From NCBI RefSeq assembly GCF_964213995.1, contig NC_135804.1:26350001-26414000 (forward strand): DNA of 64,000 nt. Reading direction: 5' to 3'. Position numbers and translations under genes: made by a program. The first letter of the stretch is position 1. Every line of letters begins with the position of its first letter. Below, piece by piece: positions 49,993 through 60,095 of the stretch. Below the pieces are notes generated by a model. It worked only from the letters and a program-made list of their open reading frames with translations, made no database searches and was not told where the DNA came from. This stretch comes from Mustelus asterias (taxonomy: Eukaryota).

Positions 49993-50875
49993 GGGGCAAT
50001 TCTACCATCCCGCTGCGCTGCTTTTGTAGCACAAGGGGTCAGGAGACTCGAGCGGAGGCCGTTTCGCGGGCTCCCCGCTGGGCACCACGGCCTCCGCAAT
50101 TCTCTAGCGGCCGTCAGCTCTACATCAGAAATAAGCGCGGGGCTGCATAAATTATGATAATAGTAATTTACATCTCTTTTAAATGTCATTAGCTGGCCCG
50201 AGACTGAAGTCTCCCCCTCCCGCCCCCTGCCAGGAGTGTTTCACTCCAGCGGGGTTTAGTATGGCTCCCCTCGTGCGGGAAGCTGGCATAGGGCAGTGCC
50301 ATGGGGGGGGGGGGGGGCCTCTGGGAGATGATCGGTGGGGATGGGGAGTTCCGCCTCCGATCTGCACTCGAGCTGAGTGACACAGTGAGGGCGGCCAGTG
50401 ATCGGGACTGGCCATTGGGGTTGCGGGGGGCGAGCGGGCGGGGGTCAGGGCTGCTGGTTTGGGGGCGATGGATCAGGGTGGCTGGGGTTGGGGGGGGGGG
50501 GGGTGTCGAGGCTGGCCCAGACATGTTCGGCGGGCCAGTGATCGGAATGTGGGGGGAGTCCCCGCCTGCCAGCGATGCAGGGGTCATGGGGCTGGCCAGC
50601 GATCAGGATGCCGGCAGTGCAGGGCCACTGCGCATCCTCCAATCTCGGCGCTGACAGATTGGCGCAAGAGCAGTGGCCCGCTCAGCACTGTGCTTCCGGC
50701 CTCTCCAGCGGGAATAGGCTCCACCTGCTGATTTTCAGCGTGATTCACGCTGAGGCTCTCTGCAGTGCACAGTGTGTGGGAGATTCATTTTGAAACTTCT
50801 GCTGAAAAAAAAGCTTGATTTACTCCAGTTTTTATGCGAATTCGACACTCAGAATTTTTTTGGGAGAATCACCAC
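49993..50875. mobile_element. GC-rich MITE-like element (second Harbinger-type family)
   Basis: Imperfect TIRs GGGGCAATTCTACCA / TGGGAGAATCACCAC; G-run-rich interior like the 32k and 42k elements. Confidence 0.55.
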
Positions 50876-51928
50876 CATAGTCTGGAGCTTTCAGGACATT
50901 GCTGTTCTCTCACATTGGAGATTTGCATCCCTCTGGCACCCTTCGTGCACAGGTCAGCCCCATTTGCATTGCTGCAGATGAGTATAGCGTACTCAGCAGG
51001 GAGATCCTCATCTGAGGAGGAGAACGGGACAGAGAGAAAGAGAGAGAGAGAGGAGCCCAGGTAGTTGCAGGCATCACCTTAAAGCAGAGGCGCAGGCACA
51101 GGGTGTTCAAGGCCAACAGGTATTGTTGCTTGATTAGTAATCCAGAGACCCAGGTTAATGCTCTGGGGACCCAGGTTCAAATCCCACCATGGTAGAATTT
51201 TTTTAAAAATCAATAAAATATCTGGAATTAGCAGTCTAGCAATGACCATAAAACCATTGTCGATTGTCGTAAAACCGATCTGCCTGGACACCACCGCATA
51301 TGTTTGCTGTATCTTACTTCAAACTTCAAAACCCCATGCCATTAACCTTATGCGCAATGGAAGTGGATGTACAAATGGATAATGGTTAACTATAACACTT
51401 AGAAGAAACTATCTCAGGTAACAATTAATATTCATAACTTGCTTTATGAAGCCCACAATAATGCATTGGGATTCACTCATAAATTCATTTTTTAGATAAC
51501 CGAAAGGCGAGACAATTATTTGCGAAGCTTCTAAGTTCTTTTGTCTGCTGTTTCATGGTTTTTGTTAAATTTCCAAGGAGTTTGCAGGAATCTTGTACTT
51601 CTGCTCGCTCATGTTCTGAAACTGCTTTTGCTGCTTGCGCTCAGGTGGAGATGGACGCCACACCAAGGTTCCTGGCGTTCATCAGAAGGTTCAATTTCTA
51701 CGAAGCAGCAGATGTCATTAACTGGGACCCATTTTACCCATTGATAATACAGATTCTCCAGTGATTTGAATTAACCAATAGGTTTTATAATGGGGGGACA
51801 TACTCTGCCTGATTTTGATTTCAGTTAAGAGCCACTGTACATTTCATGTCACTTATGAATTTCTGAAGAGATACCGGATTATTCAAAATGTCTATCAGAT
51901 ATATAAAACCCAATGTTTGTTGCACTAG

Positions 51929-52041
51929 GTGACCCTGGTGAAGATGCGGACACATATTTCCTCCTGCAATAAAGTTCAGGAGCAGATGGACAACTGTCCA
52001 AAGTTTGTACCTGTTGTTCCTACCACGCAGCCCATTCCCAG
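51929..52041 (+). CDS. RNF166: RNF166 exon 3 (113 nt; VTLVKMRTHISSCNKVQEQMDNCPKFVPVVPTTQPIP)
   Basis: cactag| acceptor and |gtaagg donor; peptide close to human RNF166 as I recall it. Confidence 0.96.
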
Positions 52042-54237
52042 GTAAGGAACCGGCAATGTAAATTCTGCAAGAAAATCTTTGAAAATAAGCCACTCTTCAA
52101 GTTTGCAAACTGTCATGACACCCCAGATCAATTTAAAAGCACTGAATTGAACCATCAGTGATGACTGAAACTCATTTACACAGTACGTGCATTAATTTTC
52201 AATCACAACATTACTTTAGTGTTTTGCAGAAGAAGTCTACTAAACTATTCTCGTGTGCACAATTCACTTTTTGGAAAACATTTTTAAAAGCTATTGGATC
52301 TTCAGAGATGATGTAAAAATAACCTATGAGATGCTTGCATGCAGCACAATGTAAATATGAGTATTCTTAAGAAAATCCTCCGTCAGTAAAATAACTGTCT
52401 TATTTCATTATGAATCTTTGATAAAGCATATATTCCTGGACTTGCAAAAGCAATTTCAGATTATCTCTTGACAAGGCAAGAGTAATGGGGAAAAAAAGAT
52501 GTGATTTCAGATCAGTCGCTGTGAGATGGTTGCATGAATTCCTTCTTTCCAAAGAGCAAACCTGAGGTTTGATTTTAGCAGCTGTGATGGTTTCTGAGTG
52601 GAGTATTCGGAGATTTGCCTTTTCAGGCGGACTCAGCAGGTTTTTGGGAGAGAGAGCGTGTTAAATATTCCTCATTAATTCTGCAGTTGCAGCATTTGCA
52701 GATTGTCTGGACTCTTTCGGCAGAACAGCAGTTGATTTCTTCTTTGTCCTCCCTTGGCCAAGAACCCTCTCTGATGTTGTCTCTGAGTTTTTCTCGGGGT
52801 TCTGCATCCTGTTTCTCAAAATGGCTTCTTAGCCTCTTCTATACATGGCTGCTGTGCTAATTTTCAAAGAGTCATTGTCCAAAGAAGTTAATTATGTTGT
52901 TGTCCTCTGAAGTCGCTTCCAGTCTCCTGTTCCCTTAGTGGCAAAAGGACTTTTTACACCTTTTAGAAGATTCAATGGACATCCCTGGTGGGATCATTGC
53001 ATTTTAACGATTCTTCATAACTAGCTGTAGGGATACAAAGCTGACCAAGTTTTAACAACGCAGAAAGGTGCCACGTTGCCCGTCCATACTTCCATTCTGT
53101 ACAAGACTTTTAAGCTCAATGTAAAGGTTTATAAACAGAAATGTACCTTGAAAACCGTTGTTCTTAAAAAAATCTGTAATATCAATTACACATTTGTGAC
53201 ACATACACTATGACTTTTGATCGCTGATGTCAAACTTTTAACAGAAACAAAACAATCTTAAAATGCTATGTTGTTCTAACTGCAACATAAAACTGACCAC
53301 TGGATTCCAGATGCTTCCCAATCAAAAATGAAGTTCTGAATGACCTTTGAGTTCGTGCTTTAGGTCCACCTTCAAATAATATGTTGTGTGTTATGTGATA
53401 TAATGTTCCTGTTCTTCCAAAGTAGCATGTCGCTTTGAGAGATGTATTTAAGATTATGAAGGGGGTGGAGAATGCGGATTCAAGCCAGATTTTCTGTTGT
53501 GTATTCAAAAACAAGGTAAATAGTTCAAAATTAAGAAATTTGGGCATTTTTCAGTAAATGGATGATAAACGTATGTATCAGATAACTAGCAAGTGTGGTG
53601 GAAGAGAAAACTAAACTATACTTGATAAGTTAATCTCAACAAGTAGAATTCAAGATAATTGGGTTTAGAAACCTATCAAGGTAATAATGTTGTGAGAAAT
53701 TGAATGGGTAGAGTAGGTGGACTGATGGTTTAATCTTACCTGAAAATTGTTACTATCTATAAAAAGTGCATTTTTATAGCATCTTTAACATAGTAAAATG
53801 TCCCAAAGTACCTAGCAGACATGACAATCTATCTTTAAACAATGATGAGAAAACTTCTAGGAAAAATAATTGAAAATAAAGGTGGTGGTAAATTTTGAGA
53901 AACCTTTAATGGGTTGGGTGCGCAATATCAAATGAAAGAAATATAGGGGGAGCATGCCAGAGATCTGCTAGGAAACATAACAGTATTTTTAATACAGCAA
54001 TTCATTTGCAATGGGATAGATGTTGCCATGTGTTTCTATTGTGCTTGTTTTGGGATCAGTGAAATCAGATGTGCTTGAAACAGATAACGCAGCTAGCTAT
54101 TCTCCACTAGAGATCTTTTACTTTCCTCCTTTCCTGTCAAGTACAAGACAGAGCCAATCACTATTCTTGACCTAGCCAACTTGCTGGGTCACTTTGGTGA
54201 AGGTACGTTTACTAAAGCAAATTTTGTTCTCCTCCAG

Positions 54238-54352
54238 TAATATTCCAAACCGTTCCACGTTCGTCTGCCCATACTGTGGGGCACGAAACCTTGACCAACA
54301 GGAATTAGTCAAACATTGCATGGAAAATCATCGCAGTGATCCCAACAAAGTG
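54238..54352 (+). CDS. RNF166: RNF166 exon 4 (115 nt; NIPNRSTFVCPYCGARNLDQQELVKHCMENHRSDPNKV)
   Basis: ctccag| acceptor and |gtaagt donor; Di19-type C2H2 finger. Confidence 0.97.
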
Positions 54353-55097
54353 GTAAGTCCTTAGTTTCTCATTTCATACCCAAACCAGGATAATTAAGAG
54401 TTGAAGTTTTATGATGCATCTACAATTAAAAATCTTGGGCAGGGCAGGGCATGTACTTTTCAAGCCTTACATCTTGTGTTGCAATTTTAGTTATGCCAAC
54501 TTACTGTTACTAGCTACTAAGTCAATATTTCCATTTAATTTTGCTATCAATGATTTGGTTACAAGTACTGAACTCTAGATGGCTCTGTGGAATAGATTTT
54601 TATAGTTTCTTAACTCGGTTGCTGTCTTGTATATTAAAAAGATATATATTCATCAACTGACTTTAGATGATGCCACAGTATCTGGAAACTAATTCTACAA
54701 AGTTAGCTCCCACTGTAATGAATTTATATCAGAAAAATTGCCACACATTTTATAAAACATTATAAATGAAAAGTGAACCAAAAGCTAAACCATCTCATAC
54801 ACACCTTAGTTTATTTGGATAATATTTGCAGAAACTTCCCCTATTTGAAAAGGGAAGTTATGGAGAGGAGAGTGAGAGGGGATGATGTATCTGTTCATGG
54901 CCTGTTACTGAAAGCAGGGTAAGTTGGTTGAGGAGAATGCATCTTGCACTGCTAGTGCTTTGGGCGTGCCTCTGTCTAGTCAGCAAACCCAGCGTAAAAG
55001 AGTAACAAACTACTAGAAACAGCAAGAAGAATAGAATGGTACTTATTCTTTTATCATCCAACTCCTTGATTTTGTTTTTGATCACTTATGTGAGTAG

Positions 55098-55205
55098 GTA
55101 TGTCCAATTTGTGTGGCAATGCCATGGGGAGATCCGAGCTACAAGAGTGCCAACTTTCTTCAACACTTGCTTCACAGGCACAAGTTCTCCTATGATACAT
55201 TTGTG
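55098..55205 (+). CDS. RNF166: RNF166 exon 5 (108 nt; [36 protein letters not shown])
   Basis: gagtag| acceptor and |gtgagt donor; conserved CPICxAMPWGDP motif. Confidence 0.96.
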
Positions 55206-56469
55206 GTGAGTATGAGTTCTTTAACATGGAAAAATATCTTTTGGAACGCTGCAATGGCTCCGTTTGTAATGGCACCTTATATGTAAATTCATTGAACCAG
55301 AGAGATCAGAATGCAACATGTTTGATTTGCAGTCTCTGCCCAGTTAGTTGATTGATGCCAAGATTGAATTTATGATGTGGAGTTGCCGGCGTTGCACTGG
55401 AGTAGGCAATAGGAAAGAAAATAGAAGTTGCAATGGGAAAATTTAGCTACCCCACTCCTGATTAATTTCTGGAAAGTGCACAGGTGTGTAAATATCAGGT
55501 GAGGAAGACCGGATCGGATTCAGCTGTGACTTCCCATCTCGCACCTTCAGAATGCTCAGTGTTTCGGGTCATGTAGGTTATACATTTTCCGTCAGCTATT
55601 TTTAAAATGTAACATTTCATAGTGTGCCACTAATATGGGTTTGGCCGACTGGTTTTAAACTGCTTCCTTCGAATTGAATCAAGTAGCTGCTAAAGAAATG
55701 GCAAACTGGACCAAAACCAGGACAGCAGAATGGAAAATGTAGGATCGAGGCCATCTAGGGGATGGAGAAACGTCCAGAGACCTGGTTCAGTTGGCGGCTT
55801 AGCTATTAAACATAGCTGCAAAGTGGGATGCAAAAGAACATTTATTTGTTTGTTTACTTAATTAAATGATGACTAGCTTATTGCATTAGTTCCATGAGTA
55901 GCCTGTGAAATAAAGACCAAGCTGTGAACTTCTGTCTTATACATCCGTCATGCCATGTTAGATTATACATGAATAAGGCAAATTGTCTCAGCATTTCTTT
56001 GGTCGTGTAGTCATTTATTACGGATCAAAATGTTTCAACTGTGGTTATGTTTTGGTTATTTTTCGGCTGGTTTTAACCTTTAAAGATATTGTACAGTTTG
56101 AACCTATACGTGGCTGTTCTTTGTAAATTTCTGTGATTTCTGCTTTCAATCTTCTGTTCACTTCTTTTGAGAGATTTTGTGAATTATGCTCCTAATTTGA
56201 GAGGGGAGGCACAATTCCTCTGAATGCATTGCAACAAAAATAGTAAATGTGTTCTTTATGAAAAGATTTGTAACTTTGCTACACATGCTGCTCTGATGGT
56301 ACCTTCCTCGATATAACAGGGTGATTTTCTACTGCTCCCCCTCTCCTCACATGCACATTCACTTAAAATTTATATGTCTGATTAGTATAATAGGGTGATT
56401 CCTTTGCTTCTGTTGTGGGAGAGCAAATCATACTTGTATAATATTCATTTTCTACCTGTATGAACTAAA

Positions 56470-56632
56470 ATACTTCAAATGCTAGAAGTCTGAAGTAAAA
56501 ACTGAGTATGCTGGAAGTAGATCATCCAGCATTTTGTGGAGAGAGAAACAGAGTTAACATTTCAGGTTAGTGCCCTCAAACTTAAAACTTGATAAAAGGT
56601 CATTGACTTGAAATGTTTATTTGCTTCTCTCT
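56470..56632. mobile_element. Palindromic PLE stub (family B); right arm resumes near 57252 after a CR1-tail insertion
   Basis: gagagagaaacagagttaacatttcagg...aggtcattgacttgaaatgttta...ttctctct, followed by atgctgccagagctgctgagtatttccagc at about 57251. Confidence 0.65.
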
Positions 56633-56879
56633 GCATCAATGAATATAAGAAATGGCGGCTGCCCCTTCAAGCCTATTCTGCTGTTCAACAAGATCATGGC
56701 TGATCTACCTTAACTCCACCTTCCCACATTATAACCCTTAATTCCCTAAATATCCAAAAATCTGACCATTCCCGTTTTGCATCTACTCAACAATGGAATA
56801 GCCATAAATCTCTGAGGCAGACAATTGCAAAGATTCACAACGGATTGAGTGAAGAAACTTCTCTGTCCTAAATATCCAG

Positions 56880-57153
56880 ACAGACTGTCTTGTCTGGAGA
56901 CAATACACATCTTTTTAGCCTGCCTTGATGCTCTCTCCACTCACGTTGTTTGTATCTTAAAGACTTGATTAGCTGTAAGTATTCACATTCCAACCATTAT
57001 TCATGTAAATTGAGTCTGTGTCTTTATATGCCCTGTTTGTGAACAGAATTCCCACTCACCTGAAGAAGGGGCTTGGAGCTCCGAAAGCTTGTGTGGCTTT
57101 TGCTACCAAATAAACCTGTTGGACTTTAACTTGGTGTTGTTAAACTTCTTACT
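56880..57153 (+). mobile_element. PLE 3' terminal region (family A)
   Basis: Its 3' 100 bp match 46343-46443; the 5' boundary is approximate. Confidence 0.75.
57057..57093 (+). ncRNA. Minimal type I hammerhead ribozyme motif (intact)
   Basis: CAC-CTGAAGA-A-GGGGC(TTGGA)GCTCC-GAAA-G-CTT-GTG. Confidence 0.77.
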
Positions 57154-57849
57154 AGATTCTCCAGCCAGGGAAACATTTTCTCAACAGTCGCCTGTCAAGC
57201 CCCTAAAATTTTAGTTAGATCACCTCTCGTTCTTTTGAACTTCAGTAAATATGCTGCCAGAGCTGCTGAGTATTTCCAGCATGTTTGGTTTCTGTTACTC
57301 ATTTTCTACCACGAGGTTTCAGCAAGGGGAAAAGTATAGAGGTGGTCAGGGTCCACAGAATAAATGTCAGTTTGTACTGGTGGCATTGTTCTGACTGAGT
57401 TTACTTTGTTCTGAAGAAAAGTCTCACTTGTACTCTGCTTGGGTAATACAGTTAAACAAAAGAATAAGCTCAATAATATGCAACTACCAATGCAATACAC
57501 AGAATAAAACAGTGCAACATCTTGAATTATAATATAGTGCAAATGACCTATTATAAAACATGCTTTGGAAACATTGGTCATGATTTATGGTTTAATATAT
57601 TTGCATTTGTAAAATGGTCAAACACTGGCATCAGCTGTATTTAATAAAAATAGAGGAAAATTTCTGCTGTTTAGGGTCTACAATGTAGAAAAATTGTAAA
57701 TGTGCAAACAACAATTCTTTTTTCATTGCAATAAAAACAGCTGAAATCTTCAGGGTAAGTATTTGCAATTAATCTGAATTTGACTGCTCAATATTATTTG
57801 CAGTGAAATAAATCAGACTTTACAGAGTGGCACATGATGGAGATGATTT

Positions 57850-58150
57850 AAAGTTTTTTTTTTAGTTTATTTATTGGTGTCACATGTAGGCTTACATTTA
57901 CACTGCAATGAAGTTACTGTGAAAATCCCCTAGTCGCCACACTCCGGCACCTGTTCGGGTACACTGAGGGAGAATTTAGCATGGCTAATGCACCTAACCA
58001 GCCCGACTTTCGGACTGTGGGAGGAAACCGAAGCACCCGGAAGAAACCCATGCAGACACGGGGAGAATGTGCAAACTCCACACTCCACCCAAGCCGGGAA
58101 TTAAACCCAGATCCCTGGTGTTGTGAGGCAGCAGTGCTAACCACTGTGTG
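57850..58150 (-). mobile_element. HE1-like SINE (tail b)
   Basis: Reverse complement of the 41864-42155 type. Confidence 0.85.
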
Positions 58151-58401
58151 CTGCCCAAGTAATAGTAATGTCAGGAGGCGTAAACGGGGATGGACAGATT
58201 TTTGGGTACTCGGGGAATTATGAGTTATAATGTGGGAAGGTGGAGTTAAGGTAGATCAGCCATGATCTTGTTGAACAGCAGGATAGGCTTGAAGGGGCAG
58301 CTGTGATTTCGTATATTCATTGATGCAGAGAGAAGCAAATAAACATTTCAAGTCAATGACCTTAAATCAAGTTTTAAATTCAAAGGCATTAACCTGAATT
58401 A

Positions 58402-58672
58402 ACCAGTGGTTAGCACTGCTGCGTCTCAGCGCCAGGGACCAGGTTCGATTCCCAGCTTGGTCACTATCTGTGTGGAGTCTGCGTGGGTTTCTTCCGGGTG
58501 CTCCGGTTCCTTCCACATCCAAAGATGTGCGGGTTAGGTGGATCGCCCATGCTAAATTCTCCCTCAGTGTACCTGAACAGGTGCCAGAGTATGGCGGCTC
58601 GGGGATTTTCACAGTAACTTCATTGCCGTGTTAATGTAAGCCTACTTGTGACTAATAAATAAACTTTACTTT
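58402..58672 (+). mobile_element. HE1-like SINE (tail b)
   Basis: Head, partially deleted V-domain, and tail b. Confidence 0.85.
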
Positions 58673-59621
58673 AACTGAAATGTTAACTTCGTTTCTCTCT
58701 CCATAAAACGCTGAACGATCCCCTTAGTAGAGGGGTCAGTAGCCAGGGGCCATAGCTTCAAGGTAATAGGCAGGAGATTTAGAGGGGATTTGAGGAAACT
58801 TTTTTTCACCCAGAGGGTGGTGGAAATCTGGACCATCTGCCTAAAAGGGTGGTAGAGGCAGGAACCCTAATAACATTTATGAAGCTATAGCATACATGGC
58901 TACGGACCAAGTGCTGGAAAATGGCGTTAGAATAGAAAGTGCTTGATGTTTGGTGCAGACACAATGAGCCTCTTTCTGTGCTCTGACTCGACAACCCTTT
59001 ACCACCCAACTACCCATTCTAACATGACTATCTCCCCCACCAAACAACTAAACACCCCCTCTCCACACACTTCACCCGGCCAATGTTTCCAAAGCCTGTT
59101 TTATATTGCAGCATTTGCACTGTATTATCATTTAAAATGTACTGCTTTATACAGTATGCAGCACTGGTGGCTGCACATTACTGAGTTTATTTTTGGCTTA
59201 ACTAAATTACTAGCGCAAGCAGAGCACAAGTGTGACTTTTCTTCAGAACAAAGTAAACCCAAACATAACAATGCCACCAGTACAAAATGATTCTGTGGAC
59301 TTCCATGTTTTGAAAATGAAGCAATGGTCATTTACTGATCTTATTCTTGCGATATTTTATTTTGGTATAATTCAATTTTTCACTTAACGTGGATGAGATC
59401 AAACACTGGGAGTTGTGAACATGACACAGAGTTCTGATGTCTAAAGTCAATCTATGGGTACCTAGCTTTAACATGCAACAATTTCCAACATATAAAGGCA
59501 GCTAAGAGTTAATCTAAGCACGGAGGCATATGATTTGGAAATATTTTATTATTCAGCAAAGCTTGCACCTTACAGGGCTGGAATAATCTGCATTTTTAAA
59601 ATTTTCTATTTTTGATTTCAG

Positions 59622-59687
59622 GATTACAATATTGATGAAGATGCGGCGTTACATGCAGCAATAGCACTTTCACTCACAGAGAAATGA
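59622..59687 (+). CDS. RNF166: RNF166 last coding exon (66 nt; DYNIDEDAALHAAIALSLTEK*), ubiquitin-interacting motif
   Basis: tttcag| acceptor, UIM-like helix, TGA at 59685-59687. The six exons sum to 705 nt (234 aa plus stop). Confidence 0.96.
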   Translation, partial: DYNIDEDAALHAAIALSLTEK

Positions 59688-59719
59688 AGCAACTGCCTGC
59701 ACAGAGATCGAAGCAGATA

Positions 59720-60095
59720 TCCTTTGCACAGGTCACCTTCTCTCACCTGGGCAAAGAGAGTGCCAATTTCCCAGCATTCTGTAGGGTACTATCATTCTCT
59801 GCACAAGTCACCTTCTCTCATCTGGGCAAAATCAGTGTCTTTGTCCCAGCATTCAGTAAGGTGCTGTCATCTCTTGAACAGATCATTTTTCTCACCTGTG
59901 CAAAGAGAGTGCCAATTTCTTAGCATTCTGATAGATACTGTCATTTTTTGCACCGACCACCTTCTCCCACCTGGGGATAGATAGTGCTCACTTCTTAGTA
60001 TTCAATAGGGTGCTATCAACCTCTATATAAGTTAACTTCTCAAACTTGGGCACAGATCATACACACTTCCCAGCATTCTGTAGGGTTCTGGTAGC
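59720..60095 (+). repeat. Degenerate tandem array of five ~75-bp units at the start of the RNF166 3' UTR
   Basis: The unit anchor gcacaggtcaccttctctcacctgggca recurs, with divergence, at 59726, 59801, 59876, 59950 and 60025. Confidence 0.85.

Noticed and set aside
50179-50793. Multiple Gly/Pro-rich ORFs (also at 32218-32729 and 42203-43052)
   Set aside because: By-products of G-run-rich MITE interiors.
51555-51764. 69-aa ORF upstream of RNF166 exon 3
   Set aside because: It has a non-ATG start, no recognisable homology, and is not needed for the RNF166 reading frame.
54353-55097. U12-type intron (TCCTTGAT branch-like motif near 55063; donor GTAAGTCCTT)
   Set aside because: The donor is U2-type GTAAGT rather than GTATCCTT, and the motif is farther from the acceptor than is usual for U12.
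59684-59923. 79-aa ORF whose ATG overlaps the RNF166 stop (ATGA)
   Set aside because: It runs through the 75-bp array, has no recognisable domain, and such overlaps arise readily by chance.
59720-60095. CRISPR-like array
   Set aside because: Whole units are homologous, with no unique spacers; the context is eukaryotic and there are no cas genes.
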